From assembly GCA_004022145.1 (NCBI GenBank), contig RCNU01000001.1: a stretch of 64,000 nucleotides of DNA. One strand, 5' to 3'. The notes below the pieces were generated by a model. It saw nothing but the letters and a program-made list of their open reading frames with translations, was not told the origin of the DNA and made no database searches. Made by a program: the position numbers and the translations under genes. Positions within the stretch are counted from its first letter, which is position 1. Every line of letters starts with the position of its first letter. The stretch comes from Paecilomyces variotii. Lineage: Eukaryota. Below are positions 11,333-23,346 of the stretch, piece after piece.

Positions 11333-13045
11333 TCAGTATATCGCTTCGAAACAGTAGATAAGTCCGAAGATAAGGAAGGAGATAGCGCCGCCGAAGGTCA
11401 CTGGATGAAGATCAGTATGTGAACAGCACATGACAGAAAATGGGATGAGATATACATACCGACACGCATGCTGACTTTGCCTGCGATAGCTCGGCCTCCG
11501 ATGACTGCAGCCGCAGTACAAACACCGTGACCGCTGATAGCTCCGACCGTAACCCACCAATAGTCTTGTCCAGCAGCCATGGCGATGGTTGCGATCTGAC
11601 TGCGGTCTCCCCATTCTCCTAGAAACGTCATGACAAACGTCTGCACCCAAGCAGGAGTCAGGAGGAAAGAAAACAAATTGTTGAAACCGATGAGGACGCT
11701 GCGCCAGCTAGCGCTGGGAGCGGGAGAAGAACTCCGGGAAGAGGAGGATGATGGACTGTCAGGCGGCGATGGCAGACGGTTAGCCGAAGACCGCGACTTG
11801 CGTCGTCCGCCTACCCGCCCAGCCTCCAGGGCATACGGGCTGATCGAAGAGCGGCGTCGACCCATCTGGCTCTGTTGCTGCTCTTTCTCCTCCAGCTCCA
11901 TCTCTACTTCTCTCATTTCTTCGCCGACACCTTCATCCGGCGACATCTCGCGAGCTTCCTTCAGCATCTTCGCACCAAAAACCAAGAACAGGATGGCCGC
12001 AAGGAAGTTGGTGAACGATTTTGGGATCAGCGTAGGAACTGCATGTCCTAACACTGCGGACAGGACAGTCATCGTAATAAGCGCCGAGAACGCAGCGGAG
12101 AAAACGAGCAGGCGAGGGTGGCGCATGGCCATCAGTGCAGCGACGAGGAAGGTCTTGTCGCCAATCTCGGAGAAGATTATCATTGTAAAAGATAGAATTA
12201 GAGAGTGAATGGGGCTAATAACGCTGCTCTCCTCCATTGGGATTGTCGCATCCAACGAGGAAGATTTGCCCTTGGACGACTTGGGAGTGCCAACAGCCAG
12301 TTGATCGCCCTTCACAGGCGCAGGAGATTTGGGGAGGGGGATATCATGAGGCTTTTCGGGGAGGTCTGCTGGCTTCTATATCATCGAGGTCAGAAAAAGA
12401 AAGATCAATCATGGTTCATTCCATTGTTCTCACCTCTAGGATTGTCGCTCCACTATCACCGGTCTTCGTATCCTTGGAGGAGCTGTCATCCGCCGCCGAG
12501 ATCTTGACTTGCTCGCTGGGAGGAAGTGGCGGAGCTTCCTTTGGTGCTCCCGGCACCTTGTCGGACACAAGCTTGCTGGTCTTGCTCTTCTCTGATACAC
12601 CACCCTCTGTTCCCCGCGTGCCTTCCTTGGGGCCCAACCTATGCGGATCGTCCATCACACCGTCATTTGAGTGTGGGATGGCTTTGCCGTCCGATGCCAG
12701 TTTTTCCGCAGTAGCCACCTTCTCTTCCGACGTTATCAAAGCCTCATTGGGATCCGTCTCCTTTGCCTTCTTACGGTCTCGTTCTGCGCCGGTTTCGACC
12801 CATGGACCTTGGTGTGGCAGACCATCCTTACCATCTATCGGAGCGTCCAGCGTTCCCTTCGGTGCTGCCTTGGGTGAAGCTAAGATTTCTGGTGCTGAAA
12901 GAGGTACATCTGCTGAAGATGCTTCCCGGCGGTCTAGGGCAGTTGGTGTTGATAAACCGTTGTCCGGTACTGCTTCAGCAATGGCCGCGGGAATGACCTG
13001 CAGTAACAACAGAGCGAGAGAAGGGGAGAGGCGGGCGAATTTCAT
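11333..13045 (-). CDS. GDT1: GDT1/UPF0016 Golgi Ca2+/Mn2+:H+ antiporter with long luminal N-terminus; exons 13045-12434, 12375-11460, 11400-11333
   Basis: Two E-x-G-D-[KR]-[TS] motifs (EIGDKT, EWGDRS), signal peptide, canonical introns. Confidence 0.95.
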
Positions 13046-15065
13046 GGCGGATGGTAGCTTAGAAGCGTCGGTTCAGAAATTCTTGATCACACTAAGGCTG
13101 ACAGAGAAGCTGTGGACGAGGGGCGACGTTCAATCGTACAGATACCGAGCGAGTGTCTTTGCGCGTGAGGTGGTCTTGACGGTGGCTAATTGCGGAGTAA
13201 GGAAGACAGAACGGCCAGGGCGGCCAAGGTAAGGAACGAATCGAAAAGAAAAATAATCAATAATGATTCCTAAATGTCATTTGGAGGGTCTGAAGCCCAG
13301 CCGATTAGGGGATAAAAGGCGATGTTGTCTTTTCCATCCTCGAGTATTTTCTCCCAAGGGATTTCGCCGGTCTCTCCACATCACGTGTGTCCAGTGCGGC
13401 TAGACCCGCGCGGCGTCTCCGCTAAATCCGCGCTTGATTTTATGGATCTTCCTTGGAGTCTTGGACACGATCACGATAACGTCCAACAGGTATACAACAG
13501 CGGTTTTCGACATCGCTGAATGGTTGTTGTCCATTGTTTTGTCTATAAGCCGCTGGTCTTCCCTGTATACTCCCATCATCACTCCAGAAATGATCTCTAT
13601 TTCATACAATCACTCAATCACTAGCAAATTAAATGTTTCAAGCTAAGAAGCACCGGTCTCGAAGCCATAGCTGTACTATTTTTAACAATATAGCGCGAGT
13701 TTAAGTTGGACCTGCACTTGTCAAAAATTTGTAACCGACCAGAGAAGACCAATCTTGCGCATCTGTAATAGAGATATACTGATTTCTTCTTCCCACTGCG
13801 TTTATGACGCGTAGTTACATGTCTAGGATTATTAATTAACACCCTGGTGCAGAGGGCTCTAAGTAAATGCCAAACAGCAACTCTATCCCAACATGTTCGA
13901 AGGCATTTCTAGAAGTTGTACCATACTATCCTACGGTTATGGAGCATATCCTCTCTGCTTCTGAGAACGCACAGATTAGAAATAATTGCTAGACCACTAG
14001 ATTTCTCTCCATGCGTACTGTTTCTACATTGATCAGGTATTAATTGAGAATGCGTGCACATACGCGAGGTTCTACTAAGTTATACTTTGGACGTGATAAC
14101 TACTGCTTTGGCTCTAATTCAGCTGAGTGATACTTTGTACTATATCAAGAAATAAGCTGATTCTGTCTGTAGATAGCAGAGGAAACCTCTAATATGGAGA
14201 ACCTACATGTACTCGAAGGAAAGAGTTTACACAAATGTACAGTACCGTTTCAGAAAGAAGCGAAGGACATAGACAACTACTAGCACAGACGGCGAAGACT
14301 ATATTATGGAATGGGTAGGTCACGTCTTATCGTTTTGCCGAAGGAAATGACGTATACAGATTATATTAGCCTGGATTTCCCGCCAGGAGCTAGCAGAATC
14401 ACTTCATGCGATATAGGAATAGATCCAGAGTCACTTTGGTTGAAACCGCCGGCTTTCTCCGTCAATCTTTGGAGAATTCCGCACAGATTGGGTGAAAAGG
14501 ATCATATCACCAAACCGGATAACATCGCTCTGGCATGGTTAGGGACGGGTATAGACAGGCTATCTTCACAAAAACCTGCTCACAATGCAATTGAATCTCT
14601 TTGAGTGCGGATTTCCGTCAACAGAGATTCACAACATATAGGCATTCGCCAATCAGCGTTCTGTGTTCTGACTTAGCGTAAAAACCTAGCATGGTTATTG
14701 GGGGTCATAAAGGATTACAGAGCATCAAGAACTTCTCCTCATTCATATCCTCAATCATCTCTTTCTGGTGTCTCGTTTGAGCAGTATGACTTACAAAGAT
14801 CTGTAGTCAGGGCGATGTAGTTTGTTCCCTGCCTGATCATATATCCTTTCTGTATGGCTTGAATGGTCTTGCATGGAGCATATCGATATCCTCAAGTTCA
14901 CTTTTGTATCAACGTCACTGTTGCTCACTGTTGCTCACGGTCGCCAGTAGTGTTCATATAGCACTCATTTCTACTGCCACTTTCAAATCATGCGATAAGT
15001 TCTGAGTATGTCTCGTGTCCCTTTATTTCGATTTGACTGACATCGTGTATATATAGAACTCAAGG

Positions 15066-16925
15066 ATGGCTTCCATAGACCAGCAGAAGAGTACAAATGC
15101 CGGTACATGCCCGAGTACCACATGCCAGAAGCAGAAGAATAGGTGCCGCCCTATCTGGTTCTGTGTCTTCTCTGGCTGTCCCGGCATTTCCTTGAAACCT
15201 TTCGACCATGTACATTTCGACGCATCGGTCCCAGATCACTTCTTCCAAGATCAACCTGTTAGTGACCTTTCGCCAAGGACACCCTCTAGCGGTCTTGAAA
15301 GGCCTCAACGAGCTCTGCAGAATGGGACAGGTGCAGAATATCCCATCTACCCCGTCATAATAAAACTCGCAGTCAAGTATGGCGATCAGATTATCATGCG
15401 TCAGAAAGACGGATGCGCAGTTTGTCATATGCCAGCACAAAGCTTTGTTCACCGTCCTATCTGTGTCACAAGGAATGGTTATCTTGAACTTCCAGACTTC
15501 ACCCTTCTCTATAGGCTTATGATGTCCTTTGCCTATTACACTTCCGATATTGGGTCTATTATTGACAAATACCGGGCTACCAGCAATTTCCTGAATGACA
15601 GACCTTATCTGTGTGCAATAGCGGCTCCTGTCTGTGCACCCAAAAATAAGTGTCATGACCTAGTCTCGAGGAACGTCAAGGCGTACATCGAATCTCTGTG
15701 CGAGGGTCAGCTCAAGTTTACCAGGCTGCGAGAAGCCTTTGAGTCCAGACTGGCTGAGACTTGTGATATATCAAAACCGTCTTCTCCTAATGATGGCGAC
15801 GCCGAAGGAGGGGATCTTGAGCAGTCCAACATCGTCACGAAATCTAGTCCCAGGCCTCCTCGACGCCAAAATGAATCCCCTAATCCACCTCGAGATGAAG
15901 AGTGCGAAATCACCGCAGCTATCCTTGTGGGCAGACCACGGCTTCAAATCGTTGATCCTCCTCCGCGTGGCTGCCTTAGTTGTTTTGTTTTCTCTTCCAT
16001 CTGGCCAAAAGATACTTTACCGAACCCTTTCAAGAACAAAGCTGATTTGGCCATTGACTGCTGTCGGGTTCTTGCTTCGCTTGAAGAAGACATTCTTCGC
16101 AGTACGGAATACCGATGCGCCATCTGTTCTGAGCTCGTCAAGGCAACATGCTTACTCCACCATCCCATATCCATTTCAGTGCACTGGCAATCTGAAGCGA
16201 TCAGGAAGGCTGTCATGGCCATGTTCCAGTTTGTGAAGGGCTCCTGGAATTTCCCAGAAACGGAGTTAGTCTTCGGGTCCAACAAGAGAGCACACATATT
16301 CGACTTTGCCGTTCCTATTTGTGCACCAGGAACCATATGCGAAGATGTTGCAAGAACAGCCGCGCGGGAGTTTATCAAACTTGTTTTACCAGAGAGTCTG
16401 CAGATGCAGTTTCCTGGGTTGGAACCTGACACAGACCTTCCAAGCTTGCGAGATGGGTTAGGATGGGCACGTAACGACTCACAGCTGGTTCTTCAGAAGA
16501 TGGGCTCTGAAGGTCTCATGAGCGAGAAAGCAGACAGAGGAGAAAATCCTGAAGATAGCACTTTGACAATCACAAAGCTACGGCGCTGGCATGAAATGTG
16601 CTTTAGCCAGGAACTGATCAAACGACAATTCCTCAGGAAACACGGGTATAGGAGAGCAGGGGATAATTCAGATTCGGAAAGCGACGATACGGAGGCTGAT
16701 CCTGGACTGTGGACAACACCTTGTGCGGAGCCCATGGATACCTCTCTGCTGCTGGAGAAGCCTCCCACCTTGGTTAATCTACCTCAGACCGAGGATCTGA
16801 AAGCTGTATCTCAGAACCGACGGTTGCCTCGTCCTACCCTGGCTAACCTGCAAATGGCTTACCAAAACCGGCCACTGCCTCGTCTTCCCGCTATCGATGA
16901 TGACAGAGATGAGTCTTTCTGGTAG
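15066..16925 (+). CDS. Hypothetical 619-aa protein with two copies of a CxxC..H..PxC(x5)C module; probable 5'-UTR intron 15006-15056
   Basis: Long uninterrupted ORF with an internal duplication (CAVC...HRP...APVCAPKNKC; CAIC...HHP...VPICAPGTIC). A GTATGT..CTGAC..TAG intron lies just before the ATG. Confidence 0.75.
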   Translation: MASIDQQKSTNAGTCPSTTCQKQKNRCRPIWFCVFSGCPGISLKPFDHVHFDASVPDHFFQDQPVSDLSPRTPSSGLERPQRALQNGTGAEYPIYPVIIKLAVKYGDQIIMRQKDGCAVCHMPAQSFVHRPICVTRNGYLELPDFTLLYRLMMSFAYYTSDIGSIIDKYRATSNFLNDRPYLCAIAAPVCAPKNKCHDLVSRNVKAYIESLCEGQLKFTRLREAFESRLAETCDISKPSSPNDGDAEGGDLEQSNIVTKSSPRPPRRQNESPNPPRDEECEITAAILVGRPRLQIVDPPPRGCLSCFVFSSIWPKDTLPNPFKNKADLAIDCCRVLASLEEDILRSTEYRCAICSELVKATCLLHHPISISVHWQSEAIRKAVMAMFQFVKGSWNFPETELVFGSNKRAHIFDFAVPICAPGTICEDVARTAAREFIKLVLPESLQMQFPGLEPDTDLPSLRDGLGWARNDSQLVLQKMGSEGLMSEKADRGENPEDSTLTITKLRRWHEMCFSQELIKRQFLRKHGYRRAGDNSDSESDDTEADPGLWTTPCAEPMDTSLLLEKPPTLVNLPQTEDLKAVSQNRRLPRPTLANLQMAYQNRPLPRLPAIDDDRDESFW

Positions 16926-18896
16926 CGTGGAAAATTCTCCTCGGACCGCGACGAAACGGATCCCCGACTCTGATGACGATGTCTGCAACGATAAATGCAT
17001 TGATGATACGAATGACGACGAGAACACGAAAATGGTATTAATCTTTTTTTGAACGCTGAGGAAAAAGGCAACATATGACTTCACCGAATTGGTTATTCGG
17101 TAGACCTTGCCTTCAAGGACTCCATGAATCATATTTAGGCCAAATTATTCATGGCTCTCTTTTAAAGTCTTTCCATAGTGGCATCATTCTCTGTATCGCA
17201 CACAACCAAACCTTTTTCTCCCACATAAATCAAAATCCCGTAATTGTTTCTTTTGTATAATTCTTGCAGTCGTATATCACACCCCCCATCCTTGTAGGGC
17301 CCATTAGTTGCGGCCCTCGAATGGTCAATGACAGGAGTCTTCTGTTCTGCCCTCCGCCGGGACTTTGTTTATGAGACTGAGTTTTTCTCACAAGCGCGAG
17401 AGAATATCGACCAAGCTATCTACGTTCAAGTGATAGCTACGGTGCCGTTATATAAATCATCATAATTATTTCATATCATCGCTTCTTGCCCATGCGCTTT
17501 ATCAACCCTGTCAATGGTCGACCTCAATCCGGAAGGAATCTCTTTTTCTTTCTGGAGTTAGAGCCAGGGCCAATTTGATGCTCAGTGGCCACTTTCTTGG
17601 CATAAAGATGATCCCAGAGGTTTCAGACGAAGTAACCTATGCAGATATATAATCCCACCTTCGACCTTTATAAGCAAGATGCACGAGAGCTGTCTGGATC
17701 AATTACCACAGGCGTTCCATTTTTCAGTGATAATGGCCAATCGTAACGTCTGGGGAGGGAAGATCTGGGTTCCCATCGAAGAGTTGAATGGTTGTGGTAC
17801 CCGCTCTGTTTGCGGCCGCGAGACACCGTTCCGTTTCCGAAGTTGAGAGGCATCGAGCAATCTATGGATTCCTTCGGAACGGCATCCTTCAGAAAACCAT
17901 GGTATATTGTCGTCGACAATGGGACGACATCCTCCGGGGCCGTTTTTGTGCCCTATTGTGCACTGTGTGTGCTATTATATAAAGCATCTATCATGCTGTT
18001 GATGACAAGGTTACCAATCCATTATATACGAGACGAGGTCATTGTGTTTGCGCAATTTATCGTCCTCGGCTACGCTTTCATTGAACTGGGCTCCTGGGTC
18101 CCATCGGTTATACAACTGCCAACTTATCCCTGAACACTTATTGGGTTTACAATAATAGTTTGCAATGATCACTTGAACCAACAAGGCACGGAGAACGTTG
18201 GGCTGCCTTGCCTATCGGACCAGAGACAATACGGTGTCTAAGAATGTCGATAGATATCTGTCAAAGTTTAATTTTCCAAGGCAGACTGGAACCACAGGCC
18301 AGAAGATACGATGAGCCTTCTATGGTTATATGGAGGATCAGAAGAATATATGCATCAACGTCGAATATGAGGAATGTCGAAGACCACGCTCAAGATAAAC
18401 TGTCCCTGAACACAACATGTGGTACTACTGTCCCCTCTCTCACAAACTGTGTCATAATCCGCATTGTCAATGGCATATCCATGGCACGGACAACGATATG
18501 AATATGCAAAGTAGTAGATATTGGAAGGCATCGGGTAAAACTATTGTTTTGGGATACTCGACATATATCTATGTATTCCATGGTTTGTAACGGCGAAACA
18601 TTGTCTACCATGCTTCCCGAGTGACGTTATATGATATCCATTTGTTTTGTTTTCTCTTTAAAAAATCACGGGAACCGCGCACTCTCTTCTCTCCGTCTGA
18701 ACTGATCCCTATTCCACTCCCGTCTGGAATCGTACGCCACGGCCTTCGTCATGAAAAGGGATGCACCGCATCGAACAGATTGCTGCTATATACCCTGCAG
18801 CGTTTCGACCACCCCTTCCTCGTTTGATGTTCAATCCTTACGTGGGAAGCAATATAGAGATTCATAACATGGCCTCGTCTCAATGCAACGGAAAAA

Positions 18897-19735
18897 TTGA
18901 AGGAACCATCCTACGACCTGTTGCATCAATATAAACATAATAGTGATATCAGCATGTTCGACTGCTGTGCGTCTTCCGCTTGCCCCCAGGGAGATGGAAT
19001 GTATGTCCGGCCTAGGACATTCTATAAAAGTTTCCTTCCAGACTGGGATGCAGCATTTTCCCGATATCGATATATTTCTAGATTGGTTCCGGAAATACAT
19101 ATCTCTGTCCTCAATTTGTCCTGCCGTTGGATGCACAGTATATTCCACCACATACTCTTTTTGAATCGAAGGTCTCCCGAATGATCGATTAAGAAAGACC
19201 CATTGGACAAAATTGGGGCCAATGAGTCCTCGTGGCATCGCGACAAAAACAACAATAAGCTCCATGGGGGATGTTCGCGCACAGAGAGCCGGAATGATAC
19301 GAAGTGCTCGAACAAGATATGGAATTATTACACCGGGAGAAATTGACTTGCCCATTTACCGAATGTTGGATATCAATTAACCGCAGTGCGAAATTTCGCG
19401 AGAAAATGTCCGACGTCAACTTCCTTAATTTATTATCTTTTGCTGAAATTATGGGAAGCAACTATCAAAGATTGGCGCCCATATGCGACTAAGTGATTAC
19501 TACGACGGCCATCAAAAGAGACGCCAAAACCATTCGCAAGGCGTTAGGCCTTCACCGCACAGGGACTAGGATGATTAGGTCCAGCCTGGATAACTACCTA
19601 GTATACCATACTGACGGCGCGCTTGTCCAGATATATTTCCGCGCAGTTGGGGAACAGGCCGGCCTTAACGCATCGGTGGCTCGGATGAGATTCTCGCGGC
19701 CGAAGCAAATTGGACGAGGAACGTCGGCTGACTGA
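18897..19735 (+). pseudogene. Possible degenerate coding remnant, unidentified
   Basis: ORFs 19304-19492 and 19493-19735 are contiguous in one frame with a single TAA between them, and more in-frame stops lie upstream. No family recognised. Confidence 0.25.
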
Positions 19736-21113
19736 GTATCCTGTCGATGTGCAAAGATTGCATCATGCTTGATACTTCGAAATGGGGCCACTGATTCTCT
19801 GTTGCGCCCCTATATGTCCCAAATCTTCTATGACATGGCCATGGGTATATCCTCGAAATGCTGGCCACAGGTTTGATACTGCGAGTTGATAAGGAAGCGT
19901 CCACCAGAAGCTGTTCCGGTACATGCTCAGGAAATGCGGTTGTCCAGCTCCAACTTAAGAAGCCTTGGCCGCAGACACTATGAGGTCCTCACTTCTATGT
20001 CAGTAGTCGGAAAATTTCATTCGACCATCGACTCGAGTATATCATGGCCAAATATATTCGTTCTTGATATGATTCAAAAGGTGAGGCATTGCGCTTCATT
20101 GTTAGTGACAATGGTTCTTATTTACTTTCACAATACCCTTATTTGGACATATCATCCAGCCCCATGTCATATTTGTATTATCTGCGGGGGGTTAATCTCT
20201 TACAAGCGGATTGTTAATGATAGGGCACACGCAGATTGTGCCAAATCAGGTGCTGGTGAGTTATATAAATGAAAATTTTCTTTTTCTGAGATTCACACAA
20301 ACCATCATCCTCTATATATTTATCCAGCTCAATCAAACCGCTTTCGTCCTTTATTCCTTGGAGAATCCTCACTTTTTATCTTTTATCTATGCTCTGTCTT
20401 TCATAAAGTGGCCCAATATCTGTTCTGTCGCCCTTGAAGAAGAATCTGCAACTACTGGTTTCCCGGATTTGGCCTCGCTATGAATCCAGCTGTCAGGGCC
20501 GGCTTAACAGGGCCCGCATGCTATGAAGGGCGAATACGGCATGTATAATGGAGGAGCTGGAGGGGCCTCAACCAGACAATCCTGCCCCAGCTGATGGAAA
20601 GAAAAGGGTCTAAAGAATCATTTACCTTTTCAACTTCTCCTTTTCATCCTCAGCTCCATTTCCTTCAAGGGAGATCTGATCTGTCGAGGATATTCCCTCC
20701 TCCCGTCTTGCGTTCCTGACTATATTATCCTTCAGAAAGGTTTCGCCTGTGGCCAACCATGGCCTGCCTACTTGCATCCGTTCTTGAGTTCCCTGCATCT
20801 TATACACCATTTTCTATATATCATGGCGCCAGGGCTTCACCGGATGCCCGTTATGGGTACAGGAACCATGGACTTTGCACGTTCTGGAGCACTTAGCTCT
20901 GTGACATCGCTTAGTCGTTCTATATTATCAAATGCCATGATCGTGGGTCGCTTAGTCGTCAAATTCCGTGAATGTCCGCAGCTTTCTGAATTGCGCTGCC
21001 TGCTTGTATCTGCGTGTGTCTGTTCAGTTTATAAAAAATTTCTTTCTCCTTCTATCCACCTCTGCCTACACCTGCACTTCATCACGCACGCTCACAACCA
21101 GCCACAGAACAGC

Positions 21114-22741
21114 ATGGCTACCACCTCTGCCCCTGAGCCCAGCAGTTGGGGACACTGGCTCTTTGAAGGTAAGCTATCCCAGACTCTGCTAAACTGGTTT
21201 TGTCTGCCAAAGCAGAGCCGCCCTGCAGTGAAGAAATGGGATGCTGACATCAAAGATAGAAGACCTGGCCACTCCTGACGTCGTGGAGAGTACGGTGGAC
21301 GTATCCTTCCGCGTGTACGTCCCCTACCGTCTTTCTCCCCCGGTGGACGGCGCACCAGTTGCTTTTGTGCTGGACGCTTTCAAGGCTCCTCTTCCAGCAT
21401 CTCGCTTCGAAGCCAAGGACCGGGAGCCTTCTGCAAGCGTTTTCGAGATCGAGTCCAACTTCAACACTCCTGTCTATGAGAACGAATACTGCGAAGAGAC
21501 CTTCGCCTTCGCCAGAGCTATCCTCCATGAGCATGCCTCGACTAAGGTCTCCGACAGGAAGTGGTCATGCGTGGTGTGTTCTGGCCCTGCATCTACCTTT
21601 TTGCACACTGCGTTCCTGCGCAGACAGGTCCTCCATGATGACGACACTATTGACCTTGACATCGAGAACACAAACAAAGACCCTTCCATCTGCAACACTT
21701 GCATCGTCGTTGTCGACGTTTCCCTTCCTGCCTGTACGAACAACGGTGAAGAACGCTGCTATCAGGAGGGAATTGAGCTTTCCAAAAAATACGCACAACG
21801 AATCATGATGCACAAGGACATCCTCATCGAACGCCCTCGCGAGATCGAGCACGACTCGCAGAAGCCCTTCAACAACCCCAGTGATATCAGTCAACCTGGT
21901 ATGCCGATGTTCAAGGACTGTCGCTGCTGTCGAAAGTCGCAGGCCAACTTCGCTTGTGCTGCCTGTCGTAAAGTTGGGTATGTTTATATGTTTATCTCTC
22001 ACATGTCCTATCCAACCTTCACATTGCAACACAATTCCTATCCTGCTTTCGCATCAGAGCCTTCCACGAAAATAATCATGAGACTGTACTTACTCAAATA
22101 TTTTCACCAGATACTGTTCTTTCGAATGCCAGCATGAACACTTGTCTGCGCACAAGCAGTACTGCCTCCCATCACCCGCTCACGACCCAGACGCTCTACC
22201 CCTCTTGCTCTCCTGGCTCATTGGCGACAACCAGCATCACTATGCTCGTCTTGAAGAACGTCAGAAACGTTACGCCGATCTCGACACCCAACGCACCCGT
22301 AGCAAATGGAGGATGCACCTCTCTGAGGGTCGCTACTTCACCTTCAACGGGAACGGAACCCTCGTTGAAACGGACCCCTGGGCTGATATCGGAATCGAAG
22401 ATCGCGTCGTCGACGAAGACGCGCGTGTTGAGTATCCAGAAGATGCTCGGATCTTGCTTTGTCTGAAACGTTTCGGAGATGAGGACGCAACGACTGAGAG
22501 GGCCACCTCTAGAGACGACAATCAGGCCATGACTGGTGGTCTCTGGCAACCTCCTCGTCGCGAACCAGAACGCAAAATCCCGATTGCGCAGCAGAGTCTT
22601 TGGCAGCCTCGTTCTTCCTCCGCTCAGACTTCAGGCACGCAGACTCCAACTCAGAACATCAGAGAGCACACCATGTCTGGAGGTGTGATTCACGAAGAAA
22701 CATTCACTTCCCTGTCTCTCTCTGATATGAGACGCGCGTGA
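21114..22741 (+). CDS. MYND-type zinc finger protein with an N-terminal CxxC..H..PxC module; exons 21114-21168, 21260-21977, 22111-22741
   Basis: Splicing reconstitutes CRCC..ANFACAACRKVGYCSFECQHEHLSAHKQYC, a MYND pattern. Introns are GTAAGC..CTGAC..TAG and GTATGT..CAG. Confidence 0.85.
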
Positions 22742-23346
22742 TCGGCAGCCAGCTTATGTAGTCTTGCTTCGCGCATAAGACCACATGGCAAGCTACGGAC
22801 CTCAGTTGGAATTTCCGACTCACTTGCCCGTCTACCTTTCTTTGTATTTCCATTTTCTCGGCACTAGCACCTCTATCCTTGTTCTTTTATGGTATCAGGA
22901 GCGACCATCTTCTTCTTCATGCGATCGGCGCAATCCTCGGAGTTGGATCATGATACCCTCGCGCCTCAATCGGACAGCAACAATTATGCTTGGCTTTGTC
23001 TGAAATTACTTCTTGGGGCGTTGTTGATGTTGTTTGAAGCTTATGCTTCCAGAATGTAACTACCTTTTCTTTTCATCATGTTTCCTGCCTGTTAATTAGT
23101 TAGCTAGTAGCCTGCAAATACGAGAAGATCTTGTATTTATTGCCATGCTAATTTTCATAGTGTAACGTAAGGATCTCTTATTCTATCCATTAATTTCTAG
23201 GATCTGCCTGCCCAGATAGGCCCATCGCATCATCGTTCATCAGTATGTCCAGAAGTAAGAATGCCGTCTATTGACCCGGTCCAAATTAAAAAAAAAAGCA
23301 CTCATCTTTTTCCTTCCATCTATACCAAAGCATAAGAAACAAACTC

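Noticed and set aside
11630-13232. Long + strand ORFs (192 and 331 aa)
   Set aside because: Antisense shadows of GDT1 with no recognisable motifs.
13200-23300. Transposon or Starship-type element
   Set aside because: No transposase, reverse transcriptase or tyrosine-recombinase motifs, and no terminal repeats detected by eye.
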